Shown here: in pieces, positions 11,304 to 22,656 of the stretch | Layout: each line of letters starts with the position of its first letter | How positions within the stretch are numbered: position 1 is the stretch's first letter | Origin: Thecamonas trahens ATCC 50062 | Taxonomy: Eukaryota; Protista; Apusomonadida | Reading direction: 5' to 3' | Length of the DNA: 32,185 bases | Assembly (NCBI RefSeq): GCF_000142905.1 | Contig: NW_013657639.1 | Coordinates: 122,429 to 154,613, forward strand | Notes under the pieces: generated by a model | Seen by the model: the letters and a program-made list of their open reading frames with translations, nothing else | The model's database searches: none | What the model was told of the DNA's origin: nothing | Translations under genes and position numbers: made by a program

Positions 11304-11357
11304 CGTCCTCGAATCCGCCCGTAAACCACACGCAGCTGCTTTAATCGTGCCCCCCGT

Positions 11358-13061
11358 TCACAGGCCGAGCGCCGCCAGCCCGGCCTGGAGCTTGGCGAAG
11401 AGCGGCGAGCCGAGGCCCGAGATCGGGTCCCAGCCCTTGGTAGCTTCAAATCCGTGCGAGCAGAAGGTCACCTTGTTGTCGCCGTTGACAATATCGGTTC
11501 CCACCTCGGGCAGCGCGTACAACAGCGGCGCCACGTGGCCGAGCAGCGGCTTGGACTCGCCGGCCCGCTGCGCGTTGAGCAGCGAGACCATGGCCGCAAA
11601 CGTTGGCGTTGCTGCAGACGTGCCCGAGATCGGTCCGGTCGCGTTGACGGTCACGATCTGGTAGTTGGTCCCCACAGCAGTCACATCCGGGAACCCGCGC
11701 CCGGTGGCGTTGTAGTACTTGCCTTCCGGCAGCGGCACCGAGCCGCCGTTGAGGTAGCCCGAGACCGCCGCGTCCTGCCACGACGGCCGCGGGAAGGTCC
11801 ACGAGAAGCCACCACCTGAGAACGAGACCGCCTTCTCTGGCGGGCTCGCGCTCGCTTCGTAGTACGTGGCGCCCACGGCGGTACACCACGGCAGAGACGC
11901 CGGGAACGTCGGCGCGAACTTGCCGCACGAAAACGTACCGGTCTTTCCGGTCCCGTCGTCGCCCGACGCGCACACTAGCGTGTAGCCCATCATCGCCATC
12001 TTGGCAAACGCCACGTTGGTTGCTGCCAGCTGCGCCGCGGGATACTCCTGCTCGGCAGAGCCCCACGAGATCGAATGGACCTTGGGCGCCCCAGACGGAT
12101 GTGACGACGCCGTCGCGAGCACCGTGTTCGACCACTCGACGAGGTCAAAGTCCTTGAGCGAGAAGACCCACGTCGCCACCCCGCGGCCCATCCCCACAAT
12201 GTACTCGACGTCGAGCGTCGCCTCGCCGAGGTATCCCTTGTCTGGATCGTTCTTGCCCACAATCGTTGGCGGCGCCGCCGCCGGCAGGCCGTACTGCTTG
12301 AGGAAAACCGCCACATCCGACGGGTAAAAGTACGCCTCTTCAAACTCGGCCACCGCTTGTGCCACCGACGCCGGCACAGCCACGTCGTACGTGATGCCGT
12401 AGATCTTGGCAATGAGGCCCGGCGTCACATCCTGCCCTGGGAACTGGCTCGCCACCCCGTCACCGGCCAGCGCCTTCCGCGCAGGAGGAAAGTCGTCGAG
12501 CCCGACAACGTACAACACGTCCGCCATCGCCGCTGCTGGCAGCTCCACGCCTGCAGACCCGCTGTGACGCAGCAGCCGCGCGCCCTGCCCGCGCACAAAC
12601 CACGCCCATTCCACGCCCCACGCCTTGGCCGCATGCGCCAGCGACACTGTGGCATACACTGCATCGCCCAGCGGCGCGAGCACCAGCGCCGCCCGCGGCA
12701 AGCCCAGGCCATCTGCCAGCGCATCTAGCACCGCCTCTGACGGCGCGCACATCTCGCGAAGCTCGTCGGCGCTCACATACGCGGCGTAGCTCGGCGACCG
12801 TGGGTCAGCAATGGCCTCGGCCGCCTTCAGAATGGCCTCGTCCTCACAAGCTGGCGTTCTCGCCACCAGCCCCAACCGCAGCGTTGTTGCCTCTGGCAGC
12901 GCCCAGTACCGCTGCCCATGCCCGTCGTCATGGCCCACCCGTCGCCACCCGTGCCGCCCGGGCTCGCTGGCCACACCCGTTCCGGCGCCAGCCGCCACCA
13001 CCGCCAGCGCACACACCAGGCCCAGCACCAGCCCCAGCACAACGTTGCTACCGGTATTCAT
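11358..13061 (-). CDS. TPP1: Secreted/lysosomal sedolisin (peptidase S53, tripeptidyl-peptidase I-like) with propeptide
   Basis: Signal peptide; pro-domain IADPRSPSYAAY; catalytic EATLDVEY, SISWG, ASGDDG, GRGFPDV, GTSAATP; Ca site GWDPISGLGSP. Confidence 0.92.
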   Translation of the reverse strand: MNTGSNVVLGLVLGLVCALAVVAAGAGTGVASEPGRHGWRRVGHDDGHGQRYWALPEATTLRLGLVARTPACEDEAILKAAEAIADPRSPSYAAYVSADELREMCAPSEAVLDALADGLGLPRAALVLAPLGDAVYATVSLAHAAKAWGVEWAWFVRGQGARLLRHSGSAGVELPAAAMADVLYVVGLDDFPPARKALAGDGVASQFPGQDVTPGLIAKIYGITYDVAVPASVAQAVAEFEEAYFYPSDVAVFLKQYGLPAAAPPTIVGKNDPDKGYLGEATLDVEYIVGMGRGVATWVFSLKDFDLVEWSNTVLATASSHPSGAPKVHSISWGSAEQEYPAAQLAATNVAFAKMAMMGYTLVCASGDDGTGKTGTFSCGKFAPTFPASLPWCTAVGATYYEASASPPEKAVSFSGGGFSWTFPRPSWQDAAVSGYLNGGSVPLPEGKYYNATGRGFPDVTAVGTNYQIVTVNATGPISGTSAATPTFAAMVSLLNAQRAGESKPLLGHVAPLLYALPEVGTDIVNGDNKVTFCSHGFEATKGWDPISGLGSPLFAKLQAGLAALGL

Positions 13062-13204
13062 GTCGCTTGCCTCGCTCTGCTTTCAAATGCTTGAGTTAGG
13101 TACGGTTATGGGTGGGGTGGGGGAGGAGGGGACGGCTTGCCAGACAACCGCCCCGCTTTCGTCGCCGCAAAGTGACTCGCACCTGCGCCCGCCACATGAT
13201 GGTG

Positions 13205-14902
13205 TTACTCAGCGCCTCCGCCGTAGCCAAGATACTCGTCGTCGTCGTCGGATGAGAGCTGGAAGCCGTTGACATCGTCATCAACGTCGCCGACAGACGC
13301 GTCCGTCACTCCGTCCAGCTGCCGCCCAGCCTCGGCAAGGAGCTCGTTGAGGTCGGAGATGTCGTCGCCAAGGAGCTCAAGGTCGGCCTCATCGCCAGCC
13401 ATGCCGGGATGGAGTTGCTGTACGTTGCTCCCCGTCGCACTTCCACCGTCAGCACCGTCGTCGTCATCGAGAAGGAGCAGGTTGTCGACATCGATGTCGA
13501 TGTCATCGCCGCCGCCGGCAGCGGACTCGCCGTCGAGCATCAGATCGTCGCCGAGCAGATCCGCGAGCTCGGCATCGCCGTCATCGAGCAATATGCCATC
13601 GTCGCCGCCGTCACTGCTCGGCAGGTGTGGGCTTGATGTGGTGACTGTACCGACAGGTGCCGAAGTTGCCGTCGGGGCGGGTGCTGGCGCTGGCGCTGGC
13701 GCGGGCGCGGGCGCCGGTGGGGGAATGGTGACTGACGCTGTCGACGCTGCCATGGCGATGTCGGCGTCGCTTTGCGGCTTGCTCCCCTCGGGCTCGGGAT
13801 ACAGAGGCGGAATGGGCTCTGGCTCCGACTCGGGCACGGGCTTGCCCTGGACCAGGGCGCCGAGTTTGCGGTCGCTGTAGAGAGCAGCGGCAAAGTGGCG
13901 GGCAACTTCGGCGACGAGCCGAAGCTGGACAGCCTTTTCCGGCGCGTCGAGGCCGGCGGCGGCCATGGTCAGCCCACCTTCGAGCTTGCGCGAGACAACT
14001 AGCGCAAGGATCTTGTGCAGGAGAAGTGCAAAGCGGCCGAGCAGCGCTGAACCGTCAAGGACGGCGCGGTGCGCCAGCGCGCGCGACCAAGCGTAGATGT
14101 GGCCGACAGCGCCCGGATCGGGCGAGACCACCAGCGACTCTCCGTCGGCGGCAAGCGTCAGCACTGCGCCTGGACAGCCGCCGAGGCCGGCACGCAGAGC
14201 AAGCAGCGTCTCTGCATCGCCGTCACCGGTCGACGTCGCCCACACAAACGGCCGAGTCGCCTGCAGCGCCGCGGCAGTCATCGCAGCCCGCGGCCCGGTA
14301 ATGAGCCGCAGGCCGAGCTGTGCAAACTTGGGTGCAAAGCCGTCGGCGTCAAAGACGCGACGAAAAGCCTCTTCCCAGCTCAGGCCTGCGGTGGCGGTGG
14401 TCGGCGGCTCCGAGACCAACAAATCGCGCTTGCGCTTGAGGCAGTAGGCCATGCAGGTGGCGGCGACAGCAGCCAAATCCTCGCGGGCACTGGCATCGTG
14501 CGATGGCCCGGCCACGACCGCCGACAGCAGCGCCGCCCGCCCAGCAGCAGCCTTGAGTTGCAGCGGCTCGTGGAAGGAGACACCGGTCGGGATGTAGCGG
14601 CCGCGTAGCGGAGCCGGGCAGCGGGAGAGGCCGAGGCGATGCAGTTCATGCGGAAGGGCAGGGTCTTTGAGCGCCCACGTCGACGGAGCAGCGAGTACCG
14701 CCAGTTTCGCACCCGAGATAGCCGCCAGCGCCGCTGAGACGCCCGTCGGCAACCGTCTGTCCACCAACTCGTCCAGCGCCACCCACGGCGCCACCAGCGC
14801 CTTGACCGTCGCAGCCGCCACCGCTCCGGCCTGCGGCTCGTAGCCGGGACTTGGCGCCGCCGTCTCCTCCAGGCACGGGCCGAGTGTGACCAATTTGTGC
14901 AT
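13205..14902 (-). CDS. Hypothetical protein (565 aa) with (PA)n linker and acidic C-terminal tail
   Basis: Long ORF from ATG 14902 (MHKLVTLG) preceded by a C-rich sense leader; no recognised domain. Confidence 0.65.
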   Translation of the reverse strand: MHKLVTLGPCLEETAAPSPGYEPQAGAVAAATVKALVAPWVALDELVDRRLPTGVSAALAAISGAKLAVLAAPSTWALKDPALPHELHRLGLSRCPAPLRGRYIPTGVSFHEPLQLKAAAGRAALLSAVVAGPSHDASAREDLAAVAATCMAYCLKRKRDLLVSEPPTTATAGLSWEEAFRRVFDADGFAPKFAQLGLRLITGPRAAMTAAALQATRPFVWATSTGDGDAETLLALRAGLGGCPGAVLTLAADGESLVVSPDPGAVGHIYAWSRALAHRAVLDGSALLGRFALLLHKILALVVSRKLEGGLTMAAAGLDAPEKAVQLRLVAEVARHFAAALYSDRKLGALVQGKPVPESEPEPIPPLYPEPEGSKPQSDADIAMAASTASVTIPPPAPAPAPAPAPAPAPTATSAPVGTVTTSSPHLPSSDGGDDGILLDDGDAELADLLGDDLMLDGESAAGGGDDIDIDVDNLLLLDDDDGADGGSATGSNVQQLHPGMAGDEADLELLGDDISDLNELLAEAGRQLDGVTDASVGDVDDDVNGFQLSSDDDDEYLGYGGGAE

Positions 14903-14968
14903 GACTGGGGAAGGGGTAGGGGAAGGGGGAGGGGGGGGGGGGGAGGGGAAGGGGTGGAGTGGCTGTGG

Positions 14969-15203
14969 NNNNNNNNNNNNNNNNNNNNNNNNNNNNNNNN
15001 NNNNNNNNNNNNNNNNNNNNNNNNNNNNNNNNNNNNNNNNNNNNNNNNNNNNNNNNNNNNNNNNNNNNNNNNNNNNNNNNNNNNNNNNNNNNNNNNNNNN
15101 NNNNNNNNNNNNNNNNNNNNNNNNNNNNNNNNNNNNNNNNNNNNNNNNNNNNNNNNNNNNNNNNNNNNNNNNNNNNNNNNNNNNNNNNNNNNNNNNNNNN
15201 NNN
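14969..15203. other. Assembly gap
   Basis: N run flanked by G-rich and C-rich tracts. Confidence 1.
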
Positions 15204-15238
15204 ACCCCCCCCCCCCTCCCCTCCTCCCGCACCCGGCC

Positions 15239-18200
15239 ATGTCCGACTATCACGTGGTGGAGCTCATCGGTGAGGGCTCGTTCGGCAAGGTCTACAAGGG
15301 CCGCAAGGCATACTCGGCGGTCACGGTGGCGCTCAAGTTCATTCCAAAGTTTGGCAAGTCGGCAAGCGAGCTGGAGGCGTTGCGGCAAGAGATCTCCATC
15401 CTCAAGGGCCTCGAGCATCCAAGCATCATCGGCATGCTTGATTCGTTCGAGACCTCGTCCGAGTTCTGCGTGGTGACCGAGTACGCCGAGGGTGAGCTGT
15501 TCCAGATTCTGGAGGACGATGGGAAGCTGCCAGAGGTTCAGGTCCAGGTCCTCGCCCGCCAGCTCACCGATGCTCTGCAGTATCTCCACGCTCATCGCGT
15601 CATCCACCGCGACATGAAACCGCAGAACATCCTCGTCACCTCGGACGGCCGCATCAAGCTCTGCGACTTTGGCTTTGCCCGCTCCATGTCGGCCTCTACC
15701 CTCGTCCTCACCTCGATCAAGGGCACTCCGCTGTACATGGCGCCCGAGCTTGTCCAAGAGCTGCCGTACAACCACACCGTCGACCTCTGGTCGCTCGGCG
15801 TCATCCTCTACGAGTTGTTTGTCGGCAAGCCGCCGTTCTACACCACATCCATCTACTCGCTCATCTCACTCATCGTCAACGAGCCTGTCCACTATCCGGA
15901 CGGCATGTCGCCTGACTTTGAGGACTTTCTTCGTGGCCTCCTCAACAAGGCTCCTGCAGATCGTCTCTCGTGGCCGGCCCTCGCCGAGCACCCGTTTGTC
16001 GTCAACGCGCCCGACTCGATCCCCTGCCCGCAGTTTGCCGTCTACTACCAGACCCAGGCCCGAGTTCCGCCGCCCATCACTGCCGCTCAGGCCGCCGAGA
16101 TGGATCCGGCAGCTGCAGACGGCCAGCCGTCGACCGCAAAGCCTATAGCCCCGCTGCGCGCTCGCTCGCAGACAGCCGCCGCCCGCCCTACCGTTGCGGG
16201 TCTTGTTGCCGAAGTTCTGCCACTTTTCGCGAATGCAAGCCCAGCGAGTGCTCCCAGCCTTGCCGACGCCCTCACTGCCCTTGTCCGCGCCCTCTCGGCC
16301 GATCCGCCGGCGCTGACGCCGGGCCTCGCCGCCGAGCTCGCGCCCGCTCTGGCAGACTTTCGCCCCGCCGCCACTGCCTCTGGCTTTGGCCGCATCGCCG
16401 CTGGCCTCGCCGCCCTCGTCAAGATCTGGTCGCGCCTTCCACCCGAGCTCCTGCCTGCGCTCCTCGGTGCGCTGACCCGCACGCTTGCCGAGCTTTGCTG
16501 GACCGACCTCTCCTCTCTCGGCATCGCTGACGAGCTTGTGCGGATGCACGGCCTCCCGCAGGCACTCACTTCCCTCGTCCTGGACGTCGGCGCCATGGCC
16601 GACCACTCGGCCGCTGCCGCCGGCCTCTCCGCTCTCACCGCTCTCGCCCAGCTCACCGCCGGCCTTCCGCCGTTTCTCCCACTCTCGTCACTGGCCGATG
16701 GCCCCAGCCCGCGCCACACCATCCACTCTCTCGTTGCCAGCGCCGTGGTCGATGGCGGTGAGGCCGCGCTGACCGCGCTCTGCTCCGCCGGCCGCAACGG
16801 TGGCGAGTCCAGTCTCGCTCGCTTGCTCCTTGTCCTTGTCTCGGCCGCGCCCGCACTCTCCGATGCCATTTGCCTTCACCCGTCCATCCCGGACCTTCTT
16901 CTTGGTCCGCTGGGCGCCATGGAGCCCGCGGCGCTGCGACTTGTGGCGCTCATTCTCTACCATCCGCCCGGCAACATGTTTCCGGCGTGGACTGGCCACA
17001 TCCCGCTCGCGCCGCTGCTGGCGCTGGTGGCCGACGGCCATCCCGCCGCCGCCCGCGGATCAGACGCCGCTGCCGCTCTCATGGCTGCTCTGCTGCGGCA
17101 TCCGGCCATGACCGCTGCGCTATGCGAGCCGGCTCGCCTCTCGCGCATGCTGGGTGTAGCACAGGCCGCGCTCACTGCAGCGGCAAAGACCGATCCTGCC
17201 GACGTTGCCGGTGGCGGCGCGAGTCTCGTCGGCTGCGCCGAGGCCGCCGTCTTCTCGCCGTTTGACGGTTGGGTCACCCTTGTCTACCGCCTGCTCTCTG
17301 TCGGCGGCGCCACCATGGCCCGTGCTTTCGTCGACGCCAACATGCTCGCCACGCTCGCCGCGTTGGCTGCCGCCCCTCGGGTCCTGGCCCGCCGGCACTC
17401 GTCGCCACCATGCGGGTGCTCTACGAGGTCACGTCTGCCAGCCTCCACGCGAAAACGCCCCCGCGCGACATCCTTGCCACGCTCGTCCCGTCGTTGCTCG
17501 CAGTTCTCGATCCGGCTCTGCTCAGCGACATCGCGACGTGGCCATTGTCGTGCGGTGGCGGCCGTGAGCGTGTCTCGCTCCTCGCCTTTCAAGTTTTTTC
17601 CATCATCCACCTGCCGCTGCAGCAGAGTGTGCCCGACACGCTGCCCGCACTCCTCGAGCTGCTTGTGGCACAGGGCGTCATCCCTGCTGCCGTCGCCGCA
17701 CTCCCGCTTGTCGAGCCGTCGCACGTTGACACCGCGCTCGGCCTCGTCTCGCGCATCGTGCTCGCGCTCCCAGGTGGCGCCGCCGAGTTTGTTGACGCGG
17801 GCGGACTCTCACCCACCGTTCTCGGCCCACTCCTGCCGGCTTCCAGCCAGAGCCCGCTCTCGCCGCCGGGCCTTATCGACGTCCTACTGATCCTCTCGCA
17901 GCTGGCGCGGCTCTCGGCCTCGTACTACCCGCCGATCCTCGAGTCGGGCGTGGTCGGCGAGCCGCTGGCGCACGTCCTCGACCACAACGACGGCGAGGTC
18001 CGTGCCAAGGCGTGCAACCTGCTCGGCAACCTCTGCCGGCACTCGGGCTTCTTCTACGCGGCTCTCGCTGACTCGCGGCTGCTGGCGAGCCTCATCGCGG
18101 CCTGCTCCGACACCCACGATGGCGCCCGCAAGTTTGCCTGCTTTGCCCTCGGCAACGCCTGCTTCCACGATGCCTCCATCTACTCGCAGCTCGGGCCGGC

Positions 18201-18558
18201 CATTGCTCCGCTCGCCTCGCTCCTTCTCGACGAGGCCGAGGCCGAGAAGACCCGGACCAACGCCGCCGGCGCCCTTGGCAACCTCGCCCGCAACTCGGAC
18301 CTCCTCCTCCCGCAGCTCTTCACCGACGGCGCCGTCGACGCGCTTGTCGCCGTCCTCAACGCCGCCTCGCTCGTCCGATGCGCCGCGGTCGCCCGCATCG
18401 CTCTTTTCTCGCTTGGCAACTACTGCTCATATCCGCCGTATCGTGCACAGCTCGCCTCGGTCCCGCATCTCGTCCCGCGTGTCCAGGCCGCCTCCGCTGC
18501 CGCTGATCCCACCCTCGTCAAGTACGCCGCCCGCGTCCTGCACAAGCTTGGCCAATGA
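15239..18558 (+). CDS. STK36: Fused/STK36 (TIO)-family Ser/Thr kinase with C-terminal ARM/HEAT repeats; frameshift near 17373-17376
   Basis: [52 protein letters not shown]; C-terminal [41 protein letters not shown] in the adjacent frame. Confidence 0.9.
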
Positions 18559-18606
18559 ACGCACCACGACCGCCACTTCACCCTCCCCCCTCCCCCTTCC
18601 ACCCTC

Positions 18607-18629
18607 CACACACACACACACACACACAC
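18607..18629. repeat. (CA)n microsatellite just before the exonuclease ATG
   Basis: Visible; ATG at 18631. Confidence 0.9.
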
Positions 18630-18630
18630 G

Positions 18631-19860
18631 ATGCTATGTTCCCTGCGCCACCCGCGGGCAAGCCTCCTCCTCCGAGCACTGTCGCTCCGGGTCGGAGGCG
18701 TCTCGGCGGCTGCGGCCGGCGGCGCGGCCGAGGGCTTCCTCCAGCTGCCGCGCGGCAAGCCGCTGGCCAAGATCTCGGCCGAGTATGTGGAACCCCTGCC
18801 TCCAGCCGAGTTTGCGGGCAAGATCACGGTGACGGCGAGTCTGGACGAGGCCAACGAGGCGGCGGCGGCGGCCGGCTGGTGGCCGCGGCGCGAGGATCCA
18901 GCGCCCGGGGCCAGCAAGCCGCTGCTGCTGGGCATGGACGCTGAGAACGCGCTCCACTGGGACCGGACGACGGCCAAGTCTGCACCGACCTGCGTGCTGC
19001 AGCTGGCGTCGGACAATGCTGCACTAGTGCTGTCGATCGCGCGGCCTGCGGCGCGGGCGGCGTTTGCTGATCGCTCGCGGCCCAACGCGGTCCGCGACCT
19101 CATCGAGGCGCACGACGTGGCGCTGGTGTGCCAGGGTGCAGCCGGCGACGTCGGTCCGCTGCACTCGGAGTTTGGCATGTTTGGCTCCTCGTTTGTGGAT
19201 CTGCTGGAGGTTTCGGCCCTCGCTGGCCTGTATCCGCTCAAGCTCCGCTACGCCGTGGCACAGGTCCTCCGCCTGCGGCTCTCCAAGAAGGAGCAGATGT
19301 CCAACTGGCGCCGGTGGCCGCTGACCCCGTCGCAGGTTGCGTATGCCGCCACTGACGCCTGGGCGCCGCTGGCTGTTTATCGCGGCCTTGCTGCTGCGCA
19401 TCCGCATCTCGCCGCGGCAGTCGATGCCCAGCTTGCAGCCGGCGGCCCGCCGCCGGAGCCCGGCGCGCCGCGCCTGGTCGTCTCGACCCGCCGCATGCTG
19501 GCCAAGCCACTGCCCGCCTGGGCAGGACCCGAACTCGCCGCCATGCTCGAAACACCCTTTGACGATGCCGCATCGTGGCCGCACACCCACCCAATGGTCC
19601 TCGTCAACAACCTGGCGTCATACTACCGGGCCCGCGTCGTCCGCTCGCGCAATCATCTTGGTCTCCGGCTGCGTACGGCTGCAGCGACGCTCCGCACACC
19701 GCTTGACACCTCGCCAGGCTCCGACAAGCGGACCCGCCTCGCCCGTGCCGCCCTCGCCCTCCTCGCCGACCTGTCCGCCTCGCCAGATCTCCAGGACGCG
19801 CTCATCGAGTCGCGCCTGGCCGCACTTGCCGCGTCTAACCGCAACCGCACCCCAGCATGA
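18631..19860 (+). CDS. DEDDy 3'-5' exonuclease (WRN/EXD2-like), possible mitochondrial presequence
   Basis: ExoI GMDAE, VLQLAS, ExoII QGAAGD, LSKKEQMSNWRRWPLTPSQVAYAATDAW (ExoIII YxxxD); Arg/Leu/Ser-rich N-terminus without acidic residues. Confidence 0.85.
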   Translation: MLCSLRHPRASLLLRALSLRVGGVSAAAAGGAAEGFLQLPRGKPLAKISAEYVEPLPPAEFAGKITVTASLDEANEAAAAAGWWPRREDPAPGASKPLLLGMDAENALHWDRTTAKSAPTCVLQLASDNAALVLSIARPAARAAFADRSRPNAVRDLIEAHDVALVCQGAAGDVGPLHSEFGMFGSSFVDLLEVSALAGLYPLKLRYAVAQVLRLRLSKKEQMSNWRRWPLTPSQVAYAATDAWAPLAVYRGLAAAHPHLAAAVDAQLAAGGPPPEPGAPRLVVSTRRMLAKPLPAWAGPELAAMLETPFDDAASWPHTHPMVLVNNLASYYRARVVRSRNHLGLRLRTAAATLRTPLDTSPGSDKRTRLARAALALLADLSASPDLQDALIESRLAALAASNRNRTPA

Positions 19861-20145
19861 TTGCCTATCACGCGCGTTCTGTCACGTACCATGCAGGCTA
19901 CGCCGGTAGCGACCATGCACAGGCTCTCCACCTTGGACCAAACCCCTTCGGCATGGTCCTGTATGGTGACGGCATTTGCCGCTACGCTTCCCTCCCTTTA
20001 TCGCACTGCTTCCGGACGTGGACATGGATTGGCCAGCCAGCCAGCTCAGCATTGGCATCGGCATCGACATCGGGATCAGCATCATGCTGATGATCGGCAT
20101 TCGCATGCGCGTTCACATTCACATCGAGCGGGTCCCCCCTCGTCC

Positions 20146-20246
20146 TCCCCCCCCCCCCCCCCCCCCCCCACCCTCCACCAACGCCCACTCAACTCCCCCC
20201 CCCCCCCCCCCCCCCCCCCACCCTCCACCAACGCCCACTCGACTCC
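20146..20246. repeat. 50-nt direct repeat: poly-C + ACCCTCCACCAACGCCCACTC(A/G)ACTCC, two copies
   Basis: Core at 20170-20196 and 20220-20246. Confidence 0.85.
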
Positions 20247-20256
20247 AAAATTTTGA

Positions 20257-22631
20257 ATGCCTCCGGCGCGCCTTTCGATCTCGCGCCAAACAGCCTCACC
20301 CTCGCATGGTGCCACCGCCAACGACGACCGGAGGGAGAAGGTGCGCAGACGCAAGCGCAGGCGGACAGTGGTAAGTACCGTACCCATACCCTTCCACTTC
20401 CCCGCTTCCCCTCCATGTCTGTCCCCTGTCCCCACTCACTCCCCCACCCCCTCCCCTCGCAGCTGACCCAGGAGAGCCTGGCCCAGGCTGGGGCAGCCGT
20501 GGCCGAGGAGATGCGCGGAGGGCCGACCATTGGCGGGCGCAAGTCTATTGCTCCCGGGCGCAAGTCCATTGCTCCCGGGCGCAAGTCTATTGCTCTTCGT
20601 CAGCCGCGAAAGTCCATCCTTCCGCCGCCGCTGCTGTCGGGCATCCAGCTGACAGACCTGTACTCCAACTGCCTCAAGATGTCGGCCGAGAACAAGATCA
20701 ACCAGAAGAACACCTGGGGTCTTAATCTCATCGACTACATCGACGACATTGTTGAGGAGGACGAAACCGACTTTGCCCGCGCTTCTTGCACCATCGACGC
20801 CTCCATCAAGATCTACTCCACCCGAGTCGACGCTGTCCACATCGACACTTACAAGGTCCTCGGCGGCCTTGCGCGCACAAATGGCCCGGGCGGCGAGAAC
20901 GGCGAGGATGATGCCGATGCTGGCGGTGAGAACAAGGAGAACGACGAGTTTGAGTCGGATGATGACGACGACGAGTACAGCCCCGGCGGAAAGCGCAAGG
21001 CCAAGACCAAGACCAAGGACGCGAGGGCGGCCAAGGCCAAGGCCTCGGCAACACTCGAGGCCAACATTGCCAACCTCAACACGGATGCCCTCGACCTCGA
21101 CTTTGACATCGACCCGCTGTTTCAGAAGACCTCGGCCGAGTTTGACGAGGGCGGTGCTCGCGGCCTCCTCCTCAACCATCTCACGCTCTCCGAGTACGGC
21201 CAGCTCATTTTTGGCTCACACATCTCCATCTCGTCGGCCGGCGCCGGAGGCGCTACCCGCCCCGAGCCCGAGCCTATCGACTTTACCGACGCCCGCAAGA
21301 TCTACGGTGAGCCCGAGTACGCCTCGCTCCAGATTTGTCCCGAGTTTGTCACCTTTGCCGCCGCCCAGTGGGGCCGCAACGTAGGCCCGGCTCCTTCCGA
21401 TGCGCCTGCAGACGCGCCAGCAGATGCTGCTGCAGACACTTCGGCGACCAGCGCGTCGCGTGCCGACTTTTTCGCCGCCATGGCCGCCACCACCAGCGGT
21501 GTCGAGGAGGCCGTGTGGGAGGAGGCCGACTTTGACGACGACGACGACGACGACGATGCGGGCGCTGGCTCGTTCCGCCTTCACGACTCGGGCCTCTCGG
21601 CCGCCTCGCTTGGCATGACTTCGTTCTCGTCGGCGGGCACCTCCTCGTCCGATGCGCTCGCCTCGCTCTTTGGTGCCGGCCACGCCACCGCCGCCGCTGC
21701 CTCGGCCCTTGACTCGGTCCTCCGCATGACCAAGGAGTCGAGCGTGGCCTCCGAGTACGGCTTCTTTGCCCCAGGCGCCGTCAAGTCCTGGGCTGGGCCA
21801 ACCAACTGGAAGTACTCGGGCTCGGCCCGCGCCCGCGCCGCCGCCAAGTCGGACGGCTCGGCAAAGTCCAAGAAGGCCAAGTTCTTCCTCCAGCTCGCGC
21901 CGCCCCTCGCCATCGACCTCGCTACACTCGGCAAGACTTCGTCCAAGTCGACCACCCTCAAGGCTTCTACTCTCGCCAAGGCGTCCAAGGACGCCCACCT
22001 CCTTCCGCCCGACATCCACTACGACATTGCCGAGCTCACCCACTTTGCGCTCCGCCCCTCGTTTGCACTCTCGCTCCCCGGCGCTGCCGCCGCCCACCAC
22101 CCCACCTCGATGGCCGCGGCGCTCTCGAGCCGCGGAGGCGGCTTTGGCGGCTTTGGCTCCGACAACGACGACGATGACAACGGCGAATGGGCGTTCTTTG
22201 GTGACGCTCCGGACGCCCCCGGCGCGGGTACCGACCTCGGCGACGCCGACGTCGACCTGCTCGACGATCCGCGCCGCGTTGCCAAAATCGACATCAACTA
22301 CGAGCGTGTCGCCAAGAAGGTCGATGTCAAGGCGCTCAAGCGTGGCGTCTGGGCACAGCTCACGGTCGACGAGCCGCGTGAGGCGCTGGCGTCCAAGTCG
22401 GCCCTCCCGCCGCGGATGGACGACGAGCGGGCCGTCACCTTTTCGTCGGTTGTCGCCGACCTGCCATCTACTCTCCCGCGCCGCGTCATGCAGGATGCCT
22501 CGGTGCCCTTTGCCTTTATCTGCCTCTTGCACCTCTGCAACGAAAAGGGCCTCATGATCGAGGGCTCGCCGGACATGACCGACTTTGTCGTCCGCCAGGA
22601 TCCCGACGTCGTCGAGCCCGATACGCACTGA
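20257..22631 (+). CDS. NCAPH: Condensin I kleisin subunit (Barren/Cnd2/CAP-H); join(20257..20370,20463..22631)
   Basis: Exon 1 NDDRREKVRRR; CLKMSAENKINQKNTWGLNLIDY, FARASCTIDASIKIYSTRVD, DPLFQKTSAEFDEGGARGLLLNHL, SWAGP, AKKVDVKALK, FICLLHLCNEKGL. Confidence 0.93.
20371..20462 (+). other. GT-AG intron of the condensin gene (92 nt, phase 0)
   Basis: GTG|GTAAGT, C-rich body, CTCGCAG|CTG; joins the NDD exon to the main ORF. Confidence 0.85.
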
Positions 22632-22656
22632 CTGCTTAAACTGTACACTTGCTTCG

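Noticed and set aside
14903-15775. ORF extensions across N gaps (856, 997 and 458 aa calls)
   Set aside because: Ns contain no stops; better starts are 14902, 15239 and 9570
15239-18558. Hedgehog pathway cluster (Fused plus HHIP-like Cys-rich protein)
   Set aside because: Fused is pan-eukaryotic with ciliary and cytokinesis roles, and no other Hedgehog components are present
20040-20125. GGCATC-like periodicity and the inverted repeat ATCAGCAT-C-ATGCTGAT
   Set aside because: Low complexity and too short to support an RNA structure or element
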